A DNA stretch of 64,000 bases from Polyangia bacterium (GCA_030430565.1 JAUIKS010000008.1:47225-111224); one strand, 5' to 3'; shown: positions 9,783 to 22,122, counted from the stretch's first letter. Notes: generated from the letters alone by a model not told the origin. A program made the numbers and translations.

Positions 9783-11010
9783 TCCCGCAGGGGCAGGCGA
9801 GATGACGCAGGAGGCCTCCGAGCGAGTCGCGTTTCGCGCGCGCTGCCGATCCTGGCTCTCGGGCAATGTCCCGGCGACGCCGGACTTCGAGCTGCCGCTC
9901 GGGCCGATCGAGATCTCGACGCCGCAGCAGCTCGAGCACCTGCGCGCGTGGCAGCGCGCGGCCTACCGCGCGGGCCTGGTCGGCTGCGACTACCCGACCG
10001 AGTACGGCGGCGGCGGGCGAGCGGGCTTTCAGCGGATCGCGAACGAGGAGATGCAGGCCGCCGACGCGCCGTTCTTCCCCAACATCGTGGGGCTAGGGAT
10101 GGCGGGGCCGGCGATCTTCCACCACGGCACCGAGGCGCAGAAGCGGCGCTACCTGCCGCCGCTGCTCTCGGGCGCGGAGATCTGGTGCCAGGGCTTCAGC
10201 GAGCCCGGCGCCGGCTCCGACCTGGCGAACGTCCAGACCTTCGCGCGCCGCGTCGGCGATCGCTGGGTGATCAGCGGGCACAAGGTCTGGACCTCGCTCG
10301 CGCAATTCGCCGACTGGATGATCCTGCTGTGCCGCACCGATCGCGGGCACAAGCACCGCGGGCTCTCGTACTTCATCGTCCCGATCGCGTCGGCGCGCGG
10401 CCGCGGCGTCACCGTCCGCCCCCTCGTCAAGATGACTGGAGGGACAGGTTTTAACGAGGTCCTGCTGGACGAGCTCGAGGTCGGCGACGACGCGCGCCTC
10501 GACGAGGTCGGCCGCGGCTGGAGCGTCGCCATGACGACCCTGCTGCACGAGCGCGGCGCCGGCTCGCTCGTGACCCCCACGGCCCGCTCGAGCCGCAGCG
10601 AGGCGCTGAGCCCGGCCCGGCTCATCGCGCTCGCGCGCGCGTGTCGACGCGGCGATCGGGCGGCGGCCGACGACCCCGTGCTCCGCGACAGGCTCGTCCA
10701 GCTGATGATCCGCCAGCGCGCGCTCGAGCAGAGCGAGCGGCGCGCCGCCGTGGCGGCGCTCACCGATCATCCGCAGCGGCTCCCGCTCCAGCGCAAGCTG
10801 CTGCGCTCGGAGCTCCAGCAGGACACGGCGCGGCTGGCGTGCGAGCTCGAGGGTATGGCGAGCACGCTGCGCGGGTCGCAGGCGCCGGCGGGCGGGCGGT
10901 GGCCGCTCGCGTACATGAACTCCTACGGCTTCACGATCGCCGCCGGCACCAGCGAGGTCCAGCGCAACATCCTGGGTGAGCGCGTGCTCGGCCTGGCGAA
11001 GTCGAAGTAA
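9757..11010 (+). CDS. Acyl-CoA dehydrogenase (second of cluster). Start may be the ATG at 9802 rather than 9757.
   Basis: GFSEPGAGSDLANVQT and ACAD-like N- and C-terminal domains. 9757 start overlaps the previous gene by 26 nt. ATG at 9802 is preceded by GGGGCAGG. Confidence 0.8.
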   Translation: MDGNTLAVDPAGAGEMTQEASERVAFRARCRSWLSGNVPATPDFELPLGPIEISTPQQLEHLRAWQRAAYRAGLVGCDYPTEYGGGGRAGFQRIANEEMQAADAPFFPNIVGLGMAGPAIFHHGTEAQKRRYLPPLLSGAEIWCQGFSEPGAGSDLANVQTFARRVGDRWVISGHKVWTSLAQFADWMILLCRTDRGHKHRGLSYFIVPIASARGRGVTVRPLVKMTGGTGFNEVLLDELEVGDDARLDEVGRGWSVAMTTLLHERGAGSLVTPTARSSRSEALSPARLIALARACRRGDRAAADDPVLRDRLVQLMIRQRALEQSERRAAVAALTDHPQRLPLQRKLLRSELQQDTARLACELEGMASTLRGSQAPAGGRWPLAYMNSYGFTIAAGTSEVQRNILGERVLGLAKSK

Positions 11011-11032
11011 CCCGAGCTGACGAGGAGCCCGC

Positions 11033-12217
11033 GTGAACGCGCAACCAGACGACTTCGGTTTTGACGACGAGGCCCAGCTGCTGAAGCAGACCGCGCGCCG
11101 CCTGCTCGCCGAGCGGCTCCCGACCGCGGCGCTGCACCAGCTCGTGGCCGCGAGCTACGACCCGACGCGCGCGCGCGCGTGCGTCTGGGACCAGGCGCTG
11201 TGGCGCGAGCTCGTCGAGCTCGGGTGGACCGCCGTCGCGGTCCCGGCGGAGCTCGGCGGCTTCGGCATGGGGCTCGCCGCGGTCGCGGGGCTCGTCGAGG
11301 AGCTCGGCCGCGCCGCCCTGCCCTCGCCGCTGATCCCCACCCTGTGCGCGACCTACGTGCTGCGCGCGTGCGCCAGCGAGGGCGCCGATATGTTGCTCGC
11401 GCGGATCGCCGAGGGCGCCGCAGTCAGCCTGGCGACCACCGATCAGCACGGCTCGTGGGACGTCGAGGCCTGTGATGTCTCGGTCGTCGAGGGCGAGGGC
11501 GGCGAGGTAATCCTCGACGGCGTCGCGCACTACGTCCAGGACGCCATGAAGGCCGACGTGTTCCTCGTCAAGGCGAGCGCGCGGCGCGGCGGCGTCGGCC
11601 TGTACGTCGTCGAGCGCGACGCGCCCGGCGTCACCGTCGCGCCCGACGCGATCGTCGACCTGACCCGCGATCAGGCGCGCGTCGAGCTCCGCGGCGTCAA
11701 GCTCTCCGCCCGCGCGATCGCGGCCTCGCCCCGCGACGGCGCGCGCGCGCTGAGCTCGGCCGAGGCCGCGCTGCTGGTGCTCGTCACCGCCGACATGGTG
11801 GGCGCCGCCGAGTGGCAGCTGCAGACCACCGCCGAGTACGCGCGAACCCGCGTGCAGTTCGACCGCCCGCTCGGCTTCTTCCAGGCGGTCAAGCACCCGA
11901 TCGTCAACATGATGATCAAGATCGACGAGGCCCGCTCGCTGCTCTACGACGCGGCCTGCTCCTTTGACCATGAACCAGATCACGCCGAGCGACGCGCGCG
12001 CATGGCGAAGTCGGCGGCGAGCGACGCGGCGGCGTTCTGCTCGAGCCGCTCGGTGCAGCTGCACGGCGGCATCGGCTTCACCTGGGAGTGCTTCGTGCAC
12101 CTGTACTTCAAGCGCCAGAAGCACAACGAGGTGCTCTACGGCGACGGCGCGCACCAGCGAGCGAGGCTCGCGGAGCTGATGATCGGCCCGATCAGGGGGA
12201 CGCGCGCGTGCGCGTGA
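11033..12217 (+). CDS. Acyl-CoA dehydrogenase family protein (third of cluster)
   Basis: ACAD C-terminal domain pattern (QFDRPLGFFQAVKHPIVNMMIKIDEARSLL ... QLHGGIGFTWE). Confidence 0.8.
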   Translation: MNAQPDDFGFDDEAQLLKQTARRLLAERLPTAALHQLVAASYDPTRARACVWDQALWRELVELGWTAVAVPAELGGFGMGLAAVAGLVEELGRAALPSPLIPTLCATYVLRACASEGADMLLARIAEGAAVSLATTDQHGSWDVEACDVSVVEGEGGEVILDGVAHYVQDAMKADVFLVKASARRGGVGLYVVERDAPGVTVAPDAIVDLTRDQARVELRGVKLSARAIAASPRDGARALSSAEAALLVLVTADMVGAAEWQLQTTAEYARTRVQFDRPLGFFQAVKHPIVNMMIKIDEARSLLYDAACSFDHEPDHAERRARMAKSAASDAAAFCSSRSVQLHGGIGFTWECFVHLYFKRQKHNEVLYGDGAHQRARLAELMIGPIRGTRACA

Positions 12218-12242
12218 CGAGCGTGATGAGCGTGAGAGAAGA

Positions 12243-13352
12243 GTGGTCCCCGCGATGAAGATCGTCGCCGCCGTCGCGCGCCCGCGCGAGCCCTTCGCGC
12301 TCGCGGAGTGCGAGCTCGCGGAGCCCGGGCCGCGCGAGCTCCGAGTCAAGGTCGAGGCCTGCGGGCTGTGCCGCACCGACCTCTCGGCCAAGGACCACGA
12401 CTACGGGACGCCGCTGCCCGCGGTGCTCGGCCACGAGGGCGTGGGCCGCGTCGAGGCGCTCGGCGACGAGGTCGACGGCTTCGCGATCGGCCAACGCGTG
12501 CTCATGAGCTTCGGCGCGTGCGGACGCTGCGGCGAGTGCCGCCAGCGGATGCCCGCCTACTGCGCGCGGGCCATGGACTTCAACGTGTTCGGGCGCCGAC
12601 CGGACGGGACCGGACCGATCACCCTCGAGGGCCAGGCGATCACCGGGCACTTCTTCGGTCAGTCGTCCTTTGCGAGCCACGCGGTCGTCTCGACCACCAA
12701 CCTCGTGCCGCTCGCCGACGACCTTCCGCCGACCTTGATGTGCGGGCTCGCGTGCGGCGTCCAGACGGGCGTGGGCGCCGCGCTGAACGTGCTGCGCGTC
12801 GAGCCCCGTGATGTCCTCGTGGTCGCCGGCTGCGGCACCGTGGGCCTGTCCGCCGTGATGGGGGCCGTGATCGCCGGCTGCGCCTCGATCATCGCGATCG
12901 ACCGCAGCGACGCGCGGCTCGAGGTCGCGCGCTCGCTCGGGGCCACGCGCGTGATCAACAACCGCGGGCTCGACCGTGACGCGCTCAAGCGCCAGCTCCG
13001 GCAGCTGGGGCCCACGCGCGCCGTCGACAGCACCGGCGCTCCCGAGGTCATCGAGGCCGTGTTCGCGGCGCTGCGACGACGCGGCGTGCTCGCGCTGGCC
13101 GGCTTGAGCCGCGCGCGGACGCGGATCTCGATCGACGCCAACCGGCTGATGTCGAGCGGACGGGTCATCCGCGGGACCGTCGAGGGCGACGCCGACCCGC
13201 GCGTGTTCATCCCGCAGATGATCGCGTGGTACCGACGCGGCCAGCTGCCGCTGGAGGCGCTCGTGACGAGCTATCCCTTCGTGCAGATCAACCGCGCCGC
13301 GGAGGCGCTCGACCGGGGTCGCGCGATCAAGCCGGTGCTGTTCATGGACTGA
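12243..13352 (+). CDS. Zinc-dependent alcohol dehydrogenase (MDR superfamily)
   Basis: GLCRTDL, GHEGVGRVEALG, structural-zinc CGRCGECRQRMPAYC, GxGxxG Rossmann motif VAGCGTVGL. Confidence 0.85.
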   Translation: MVPAMKIVAAVARPREPFALAECELAEPGPRELRVKVEACGLCRTDLSAKDHDYGTPLPAVLGHEGVGRVEALGDEVDGFAIGQRVLMSFGACGRCGECRQRMPAYCARAMDFNVFGRRPDGTGPITLEGQAITGHFFGQSSFASHAVVSTTNLVPLADDLPPTLMCGLACGVQTGVGAALNVLRVEPRDVLVVAGCGTVGLSAVMGAVIAGCASIIAIDRSDARLEVARSLGATRVINNRGLDRDALKRQLRQLGPTRAVDSTGAPEVIEAVFAALRRRGVLALAGLSRARTRISIDANRLMSSGRVIRGTVEGDADPRVFIPQMIAWYRRGQLPLEALVTSYPFVQINRAAEALDRGRAIKPVLFMD

Positions 13353-13370
13353 GGACGAGGAGCCGAGACG

Positions 13371-13841
13371 ATGAACCCGACACAGCAGCTCAACGAATTC
13401 TTGGCGCGGAGCGAGGCCCGCGAGGCGGCGCTCTCCGTCGCCGCGCTCCACGAGTTCTTCGACCAGCTCGACGTCATCGAGACCTCGTTCCTCCACGGGG
13501 GCTGGACCGGCGCGGTGCTGCGCACTGGGCACCCCGGCGAGGGGCAGCTCGGCGCGATCCGCTGGGACGGCAAGCGCTTCCACGACGACAACGACGTCGA
13601 CCCGATCATCTCGCGGGACCCAAGCGGCGCGCGCGTGGCCAACCCGGTATTGGGCAAAGCCGCGCTGCGGATGGTCCGCTACCGCGGCGCGGTCACGGCG
13701 ACGATGATCTACGACAAGCACCCGATCTTCGATCACTTCCGCCGAGTCGACGACGACACGGCGCTCGGCGTCATGGACCGCAAGGGGGAGGCGGCGCCGC
13801 TGTTCTTCTGCCTGCGGCGGCTCCCCGGCGACCTTTCCTAG
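13371..13841 (+). CDS. DUF4334/GXWXG-domain protein
   Basis: GGWTG motif and the size and composition typical of GXWXG-DUF4334 proteins. Sits inside the beta-oxidation cluster. Confidence 0.55.
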   Translation: MNPTQQLNEFLARSEAREAALSVAALHEFFDQLDVIETSFLHGGWTGAVLRTGHPGEGQLGAIRWDGKRFHDDNDVDPIISRDPSGARVANPVLGKAALRMVRYRGAVTATMIYDKHPIFDHFRRVDDDTALGVMDRKGEAAPLFFCLRRLPGDLS

Positions 13842-13934
13842 GATCTGTTCACAAAGACATCTTTAAGAACCCGGCGCGCGCGCCGGGCCGCGAACGCTCG
13901 CGGACGACTCACAGCGATAGAGAGGCTCAACACG

Positions 13935-15146
13935 ATGCAACAGAGCGCGTTCATCTACGACGCGCTCCGCACCCCGCGTGGCAAGAACCGGGGCGGAGCG
14001 CTGCACGGCACCAAGCCAGTCGACCTCGTCGTCGGGCTGCTCGACTCGCTCGAGCCCCGCAACCAGGGCCTCGACCTGGCGCGCGTCGACGACATCGTGC
14101 TGGGCGTGGTCTCGCCGGTCGGCGAGCAGGGCGGCGACATCGCGCGCACGGCCGCGCTCGTCTCGGGCCTGCCGCAGAGCGTCCCCGGGGTGCAGATCAA
14201 CCGCTTCTGCGCCTCCGGGCTCGAGGCGGTCAACCTCGCCGCGGCGAAGGTCGCCTCGGGCTCCGACGAGCTCGTGATCGCCGGCGGCGTCGAGTCCATG
14301 TCGAGGATCCCGCTGGGCTCCGACGGCGGCGCCTACGTCCAGGACCCGACCACCGTCTACGACGCCTACTTCGTGCCCCAGGGGATCAGCGCCGATCTGG
14401 TCGCGACGATCGAGGGCTTCGGCCGCGGGGACGTCGACGCCTACGCGGTCGCCTCGCAGCAGCGCGCGGAGCGAGCCTGGACGAGCGGCTACTTCGCGCG
14501 CTCGGTCGTGCCGGTTAAAGACCTCAACGGCCTGACGATCCTCGACCACGACGAGCACCGGCGCCCGCGCTCGACGGTCGAGTCGCTCGCGGGGCTGCGC
14601 CCGGCCTTCGTCAAGATGGGCGAGCTCGGGGGCTTCGACGCCGTCGCGCTGCAGAAGTACCACCACGTCGAGCGGATCAACCACGTGCACACGGCCGCGA
14701 ACTCCTCGGGGATCGTCGACGGCGCCGCGCTGATGCTGCTGGGCAGCGAGCGCGTCGGCGCCGAGCTGGGGCTGCGGCCGCGCGCGCGCGTGGTCTCGAT
14801 GGCGGCGGTCGGCAGCGAGCCGACCATCATGCTCACCGGGCCGACGCCCGCGACCGAGAGAGTGCTCACGCGCGCGGGCCTGAAGCTCGCCGACATCGAC
14901 CTGTTCGAGGTCAACGAGGCCTTCGCGTCGGTGGTGCTCAAGTGGATGCGCGACCTGGATGTCCCGCTGGACAGGGTCAACGTCAACGGCGGCGCGATCG
15001 CCATGGGTCACCCGCTGGGCGCGACCGGGGCCATCATCCTCGGCACGCTGCTCGACGAGCTCGAGCGCCGAGGGCTGCGCTACGGGCTCGCCACGCTCTG
15101 CGTGGGCGCGGGCATGGGGATCGCCACCATCATCGAGCGCTTGTAG
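13935..15146 (+). CDS. fadA: Acetyl-CoA C-acyltransferase (3-ketoacyl-CoA thiolase)
   Basis: Thiolase motifs [22 protein letters not shown]-terminal [17 protein letters not shown] and CVGAGMG. Confidence 0.9.
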   Translation: MQQSAFIYDALRTPRGKNRGGALHGTKPVDLVVGLLDSLEPRNQGLDLARVDDIVLGVVSPVGEQGGDIARTAALVSGLPQSVPGVQINRFCASGLEAVNLAAAKVASGSDELVIAGGVESMSRIPLGSDGGAYVQDPTTVYDAYFVPQGISADLVATIEGFGRGDVDAYAVASQQRAERAWTSGYFARSVVPVKDLNGLTILDHDEHRRPRSTVESLAGLRPAFVKMGELGGFDAVALQKYHHVERINHVHTAANSSGIVDGAALMLLGSERVGAELGLRPRARVVSMAAVGSEPTIMLTGPTPATERVLTRAGLKLADIDLFEVNEAFASVVLKWMRDLDVPLDRVNVNGGAIAMGHPLGATGAIILGTLLDELERRGLRYGLATLCVGAGMGIATIIERL

Positions 15147-15172
15147 GCGACGGACGCGAGGAGGACGAACAG

Positions 15173-17344
15173 ATGAGCCAGTCAACCAGCACCGCGATTC
15201 ACTGGAGCCGTGACGACGACGGGGTCGTGACCCTGACGATGGACGACCCGTCGTCGAGCGTGAACACGATGAACGCCGCCTACATCAATTCAATGGAGGT
15301 GAGCGTCGCGCGGCTCGAGGCCGAGCGCGAGACGATCACGGGCGTGATCCTCTGCAGCGCCAAGCGCAGCTTCTTCGCCGGCGGCGACCTCAACGCGCTG
15401 CGCCAGAGCAGCCTCGACAACGCCGCCGAGCAGACCGCCCGCATCGACCTCATGAAGGAGCAGTTCCGGCGGCTGGAGAAGCTCGGTCGCCCGGTCGTCG
15501 CCGCGATCAACGGCAGCGCGCTCGGCGGGGGTCTCGAGGTCGCGCTCGCGGCCCACCACCGCGTCGTCGCCGATGTCCCTGGCTGCCAGCTCGGCGCCCC
15601 CGAGGTCACGCTGGGGCTGCTCCCCGGCGGCGGCGGCGTCACCCGGCTCGTGCGCATGCTCGGCCTGCAGACCGCGCTGACCAAGGTGATCCTGCGCGGG
15701 CAGAAGTACGGCCCGCGCGACGCGCTCGAGCTCGGCCTCGTCGACGAGGTGGTCGAGAGTACAGATGACCTGGTCGCGCGCGCGAAGGCGTGGATCACCG
15801 CCAACCCCGCGCCCGTCAAGCCGTGGGACGTCAAGGGCTTCAAGATCCCCGGCGGCTCGGCCGCGCATCCGAAGGTCGCGTACATGCTCCCGGCGATGAC
15901 CGCGAACCTCCGCAAGCAGCTCAAGGGCGCCCCGCTGCCGGCGCCCCGGGCCGCGCTCGCGGCCGCGGTCGAGGGCTCGCTGGTCGACTTCGACACCGCC
16001 TCGCGGATCGAGACGCGCTACCTCGTCCACCTCGCCTGCGGACAGGTCGCCAAGAACATGATCAAGGCGTTCTTCTTCGACCTGCGCGAGCTCAACGCGG
16101 GCGCCAGCCGCCCCGCGGGCTTCTCGAAGTACGCGGCGCGCAAGCTCGGGGTGCTCGGCGCCGGCATGATGGGCGCCGGGATCGCCTACGTCGCCGCCAA
16201 GGCCGGCGTCGAGGTTGTCTTAAAAGACACCTCGATCGAGCGCGCGCGCGCCGGCAAGGCCTACGCCGCGAAGGTCGAGGCCAAGCAGCAACAGCGCGGC
16301 CGGACCACGCCGGAGCGCTCGGCCGAGCTGCTCGCGCGCATCCACCCCACCGACGACGCGGCGGACTTTGAGGGCGTCGACCTGGTGGTCGAGGCCGTGT
16401 TCGAAGACGTCGCGGTCAAGCAGAAGGTGTTTCAGCAGATCCAGGACATCGCCAGCCCCGAGGCGCTGCTGGCCTCGAACACCTCGACGCTCCCGATCAA
16501 GACGCTGTCGGAGGGGGTGAAGCGCCCCGCGGACTTCATCGGCCTGCACTTCTTCTCGCCGGTCGACAAGATGCGGCTCGTCGAGATCGTCCGGGGCGAG
16601 AACACCTCGGACGCCGCGCTCGCGCGCGCCTTCGACTTCGTCCTGCAGATCGGCAAGACGCCGATCGTGGTCAACGACGCGCGCGGCTTCTTCACCTCGC
16701 GGGTCATCGGGCGCTTCACCGCCGAGGCCGTCGCCGCCGTCGGCGAGGGGATCGAGCCGGCGTCGATCGAGCAGGCGGCGCTGCAGGCCGGCTACCCCAC
16801 GGGCGCGCTGCAGCTGCTCGACGAGCTGACGCTGACCTTGACGCAGAAGATCCAGCGCGAGAACCGAAAGGCCGCCGAGGCAGCGGGCGAGACGTACACG
16901 CCGCACCCGGCGGAGGCCGTGTTCGACCGGATGATCGACGAGCTCGGTCGCACGAGCCGCAAGGACGGCGGCGGCTTCTACGACTACGACGAGAGCGGCA
17001 AGCGCGTCGGCATCTGGCCGGGGCTGCGCGAGGCGTTTAACTCGGGTTCGAAGACGATCCCGCTGATTGATCTCCAGGAGCGCATGCTGTTCGCCGAGGC
17101 GATCGACACGGTGCGCTGCCTCGACGACAACGTGCTCACCTCGGCTGCGGACGCCAACATCGGCTCGATCTACGGCATCGGCTTCCCGGCCTGGACCGGC
17201 GGCGTCCTGCAGTACATCAACCAGTACAAAGGCGGGCTGAAGGGCTTCGTCGCGCGCGCGCGCGCGCTCGCGTCGTCGTATGGTCCACACTTCGAGCCGC
17301 CGGCGTCGCTGGTCGCCAAGGCCGAGGCCGGCGAGACCTACTGA
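15173..17344 (+). CDS. fadB: Fatty-acid oxidation multifunctional enzyme (enoyl-CoA hydratase + 3-hydroxyacyl-CoA dehydrogenase)
   Basis: ATG after GGAGGACGAACAG gives MSQSTSTAIHWSRDDDGVVTLTMDDP. Crotonase fold, then NAD-binding VLGAGMMGAGIAYV and a 3HCDH C-terminal domain. The longer ORF-track start (14942) lies inside fadA and was rejected. Confidence 0.9.
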   Translation: MSQSTSTAIHWSRDDDGVVTLTMDDPSSSVNTMNAAYINSMEVSVARLEAERETITGVILCSAKRSFFAGGDLNALRQSSLDNAAEQTARIDLMKEQFRRLEKLGRPVVAAINGSALGGGLEVALAAHHRVVADVPGCQLGAPEVTLGLLPGGGGVTRLVRMLGLQTALTKVILRGQKYGPRDALELGLVDEVVESTDDLVARAKAWITANPAPVKPWDVKGFKIPGGSAAHPKVAYMLPAMTANLRKQLKGAPLPAPRAALAAAVEGSLVDFDTASRIETRYLVHLACGQVAKNMIKAFFFDLRELNAGASRPAGFSKYAARKLGVLGAGMMGAGIAYVAAKAGVEVVLKDTSIERARAGKAYAAKVEAKQQQRGRTTPERSAELLARIHPTDDAADFEGVDLVVEAVFEDVAVKQKVFQQIQDIASPEALLASNTSTLPIKTLSEGVKRPADFIGLHFFSPVDKMRLVEIVRGENTSDAALARAFDFVLQIGKTPIVVNDARGFFTSRVIGRFTAEAVAAVGEGIEPASIEQAALQAGYPTGALQLLDELTLTLTQKIQRENRKAAEAAGETYTPHPAEAVFDRMIDELGRTSRKDGGGFYDYDESGKRVGIWPGLREAFNSGSKTIPLIDLQERMLFAEAIDTVRCLDDNVLTSAADANIGSIYGIGFPAWTGGVLQYINQYKGGLKGFVARARALASSYGPHFEPPASLVAKAEAGETY

Positions 17345-17387
17345 GGCCTACGGAGGCCTACTGAGACCCCACCGACGACAGGACCCC

Positions 17388-18568
<1,181 letters not shown>

Positions 18569-18572
<4 letters not shown>

Positions 18573-19621
18573 GCTCGAGCGGCGGCGACACCCAGGACTG
18601 GGCGCGCGCGCGCGCGTACCTGGCGGGGCGCGGGCTCGAGCTCGAGCTCGAGCCCGCGCCCCGGCGACTCTCGGGCGGCTTCGCCAACCTCAACTTCCTC
18701 GTCCGCGTGAACGGGGCGCCCATGGTCCTGCGGCGCCCGCCGCCCGGGGAGCTGCCGCCGGGCGCCTACGACATGGGCCGCGAGCACCGGATCCTCTCGC
18801 GCCTGTGGACCGCGTTCCCGCTCGCGCCGCGCGGGCTGCTGCTGTGCGACGACCCCTCGGTCCTCGGCGCGCCCTTTCAGCTGCTCGAGTACCGCGAGGG
18901 CGTCACGATCCGCGACGAGCTCCCCGCCGCGCGCGCCGATGACGAGGCCCTCGCCGCGCGGCTCGGGGCGATGATGATCGAGCGCCTCGCCGAGCTGCAC
19001 CGCGTGGACCCGGACGCGGTCGGCCTCGACACGCTGGGCCGCCCCGCCGGCTTCCTCGCGCGCGCGGTCCGGGGCTGGACCAAGCGCGCGCGGCTCTGCT
19101 TCGCGACCTTCGCGCGCGGGCTGCCGCCCCTGGCGAACGAGCTCGCTACCTGGCTCGACGAGCACCTCGTGCCCGACGCCGCGGTCAACCTGCTGCACAA
19201 CGACTTCAAGCTCGACAACATCGTGCTCGACCCCGCCAGCTTCGAGCCGGTCGCGCTGCTCGACTGGGACCAGGGGACGCGCGGCGACGGCCTGTTCGAC
19301 CTGGCGACGCTGCTCTCGTACTGGACCGAGGCGGGCGACCCGGCGCCGATGCACGACATGCGGCAGATGCCGACCGCGCGCGCCGGCTTCCCCACGCGCG
19401 AGCGCGCCGCCGCTCACTACGCGTCGATCACGGGCCGCGACCTCTCGGGCTTCCGCTTCCACCGCGTGCTCGGGCAGTTCAAGACCGCGGTGATCTTCGC
19501 GCAGCTGCACGCGCGCTGGCGGGCGGGCGACACCGACGACCCGCGCTACGCGGAGTTCGGCCCGCTCGCGCTCGGCCTGCTCGAGGTCGCGCACGAGATC
19601 GCGCGCGGCCGGCAATTCTGA
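18569..19621 (+). CDS. Aminoglycoside-phosphotransferase/choline-kinase-family (APH-like) kinase
   Basis: GTG start overlaps the ACAD stop (GTGA). Brenner motif HNDFKLDNIVL and LLDWDQGTRGD. N-terminal nucleotide-binding lobe FLVRVNGAPMVLRRPP. Confidence 0.8.
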
Positions 19622-19673
19622 GCGTCCCCAACAAGCTGGCCAAAAGGCCACAAGAACCACAACGCGAGATCGA

Positions 19674-20510
19674 GTGACCATGAAGACAGGGAGCCTCGAG
19701 GGCAAGACGCTCTTTATCACCGGCGCGAGCCGAGGGATCGGCAAGGCGATCGCGCTGCGAGCCGCCCAGGACGGAGCCAACGTCGCGGTCGTCGCCAAGA
19801 CGGCCGCGCCGCACCCGCGGCTCCCCGGGACGGTCTACACTGCGGTCGAGGAGCTCGAGGCGGCGGGCGGCCGCGCGATCGGGCTCATCACTGATATCCG
19901 CTTTGAGGAGCAGGTCGAGGCCGCGGTTGCGAAGACGGTCGAGACCTTCGGGGGGATCGACATCCTCGTCAACAACGCCAGCGCGATCAGCCTGACGGGG
20001 ACCTTGGAGACGACGATGAAGCGCTTTGACCTGATGCACCAGGTCAACGCGCGCGGCGCCTTCCTGTGCTCCAAGACCTGCCTGCCGCACCTCAAGCGGG
20101 CCCAAAACCCGCACATCCTCACGCTCTCGCCGCCGCTGAGCATGCGGCCGCGTTGGTTCGAGCCGCACTGCGCCTACACCATGGCGAAGTTCGGCATGAG
20201 CATGTGCGTGCTCGGGATGGCCGCGGAGTTTCGGCGCGACCGCGTCGCCGTCAACGCGCTGTGGCCGAGGACGATGATCGCGACGGCCGCGGTCCGCAAC
20301 CTGCTCGGCGGCGAGCAGGCCGTCGCCGCCTCCCGGCGCCCCGAGATCGTCGCCGACGCGGCGCACGTGCTCCTGACGCGCGCGAGCGACGAGGTGACCG
20401 GTCAATTCTTCACGGACGAGCAGGTCCTGAAGGAAGCGGGCGTGACGGAGTTTTCAAAGTACGCGCTCCGGCCGGACGTCGAGCTGATCCCGGATCTGTT
20501 CTTGGACTGA
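19674..20510 (+). CDS. Short-chain dehydrogenase/reductase (SDR)
   Basis: TGASRGIGKAIA cofactor-binding motif, NNASAI, catalytic YTMAKFG (YxxxK). Confidence 0.85.
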   Translation: MTMKTGSLEGKTLFITGASRGIGKAIALRAAQDGANVAVVAKTAAPHPRLPGTVYTAVEELEAAGGRAIGLITDIRFEEQVEAAVAKTVETFGGIDILVNNASAISLTGTLETTMKRFDLMHQVNARGAFLCSKTCLPHLKRAQNPHILTLSPPLSMRPRWFEPHCAYTMAKFGMSMCVLGMAAEFRRDRVAVNALWPRTMIATAAVRNLLGGEQAVAASRRPEIVADAAHVLLTRASDEVTGQFFTDEQVLKEAGVTEFSKYALRPDVELIPDLFLD

Positions 20511-20517
20511 GAACCGC

Positions 20518-22086
20518 TCACGCCCCTGGGTCAGCGCGCCGGAGCGCGCCCTTAACGACCTTGCCGCCGGCGTTACGCGGGAGCGCCTCCATCACGATCA
20601 TCGCCTTGGGCTGCTTGAAGCGGGCGAGGTGATCGCCGAGATAGCTCCGCAGCGCGTCGAGCTCGAGCGTCGAGCCCGGCGCCAGCACGACCGCCGCGAC
20701 CGGGATCTCGCCCCACGTGGGATCCGGACGCCCGTAGACCGCGGCGTCGAGGATCTCGGGGTGGGACGCGAGCGCGTTCTCGACCTCGGCGCAGTAGATG
20801 TTCTCGCCGCCCGAGATGATCATGTCTTTCTTGCGGTCGACGACCCAGACGTAGCCCTCGTCGTCCTGCCGCACGAGGTCGCCGGAGTGAAACCACCCGC
20901 CCGCGAAGGCGGCGGCGGTCTCCTCGGGCTTGCGCCAATAACCCTGCATCAGCGTCGGCCCGCGGTAGACGATCTCGCCGACCTGTCCCCGGGGGACGTC
21001 GCGCATGTCGTCGTCGACGACGCGGACCTGGATGGTCGGGATCGGGAGGCCGACCGAGCCGAGCTTGCGCAGCGAGTCCTCGCCCCGGAGCACGCAGGTG
21101 ATCGGCGACATCTCGGTCTGCCCGAACACCGCGATGTTGAGCGCGCTCGGGAAGGTCTCCTCCATCTGTCGGAGCAGCGTCTCGGAGGCGGGCGCCGCCC
21201 CCCAGCTGATGACCCGCAGGCCCCGCCCCTTCTCGCGGGCCTGCGGGTGGGCGCAGATCGCCTTCCACTGGGCCGGGACGTTGAAGACGATCGTCGCGCC
21301 CTCGCGCTCGTAGGCGTCGAGCAGCGCGCCGGCGTCGAAGCCCCCGAGCGGGTGGATGACCGTCGTGATCCCCAGCAGGAAGTTGGGCGCGATCGAGCCC
21401 AGCCCGGCGATGTGGAACAGCGGCGCGGTCATGAAGCCGATGTCGTCCTCCTTGAAGATCTCCATCGCGCGGATGCAGGTCAGCGCCTGCCCGACCATGT
21501 TGACGTGGTCGAGCATCGCGCCCTTGGGCCTGCCGGTCGTGCCCGAGGTGTACATGATGAGCGCGGGGGTGTCCTCGGGGACATCCGGCGCCACGAAGCC
21601 CCCGGGGTCCTCGGCGACGAGCGCGTCGAAGGCCTCCGCCCCGTCCGGCGCGCGCCCGAGGACGATCACCCGCTTGACGCGATCGGTGCTGCGCGCGACC
21701 GCGGCGACCAGCGGGACCAGGGGCTCGTCGACGATCAGCACGTCGGCGTCGGCGTCGTCGACGATGTAGGCGATCTCCGGCGGCGCGAGCCGGACGTTGA
21801 TGGGCACGGCCATCGCCCCCAGCGTGTTGACGCCCATCACCGCCTCGATCACCTCGGTGCGGTTGAGGACGAGCATGAGCACGCGATCGCCGAGCTTCAC
21901 GCCGCGCCGCTGCAGCGCGGCCGCGAACGCGGTGACGCGATCGTGGGCCTGCCTCCAGGTCGTCGCGGCGCCGCGGTAGCGGAACGCGACGGCGTCGGGT
22001 CGCATCTCGGCGTGCCCGGCGATGTGGTTCATCCAGTGGTTGCGGCGCTGGGCGGGGGGGATGACTCGCGGCTCGGTGATGGTCAT
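20518..22086 (-). CDS. fadD: Long-chain-fatty-acid--CoA ligase (AMP-dependent synthetase)
   Basis: YTSGTTGRPKGAML AMP-binding motif, TEMSPIT, C-terminal GEIPVAAVV and PRNAGGKVVK. Confidence 0.9.
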   Translation of the reverse strand: MTITEPRVIPPAQRRNHWMNHIAGHAEMRPDAVAFRYRGAATTWRQAHDRVTAFAAALQRRGVKLGDRVLMLVLNRTEVIEAVMGVNTLGAMAVPINVRLAPPEIAYIVDDADADVLIVDEPLVPLVAAVARSTDRVKRVIVLGRAPDGAEAFDALVAEDPGGFVAPDVPEDTPALIMYTSGTTGRPKGAMLDHVNMVGQALTCIRAMEIFKEDDIGFMTAPLFHIAGLGSIAPNFLLGITTVIHPLGGFDAGALLDAYEREGATIVFNVPAQWKAICAHPQAREKGRGLRVISWGAAPASETLLRQMEETFPSALNIAVFGQTEMSPITCVLRGEDSLRKLGSVGLPIPTIQVRVVDDDMRDVPRGQVGEIVYRGPTLMQGYWRKPEETAAAFAGGWFHSGDLVRQDDEGYVWVVDRKKDMIISGGENIYCAEVENALASHPEILDAAVYGRPDPTWGEIPVAAVVLAPGSTLELDALRSYLGDHLARFKQPKAMIVMEALPRNAGGKVVKGALRRADPGA

Positions 22087-22122
22087 GGGCTCGTGCTCCG
22101 TGCCTGGGGGGTCAGGGGCTGA

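Noticed and set aside
12192-13736. 514-aa minus-strand ORF
   Set aside because: Shadow ORF opposite the Zn-alcohol dehydrogenase and DUF4334 genes. Low-complexity R/A/G/P/D composition and no motifs.
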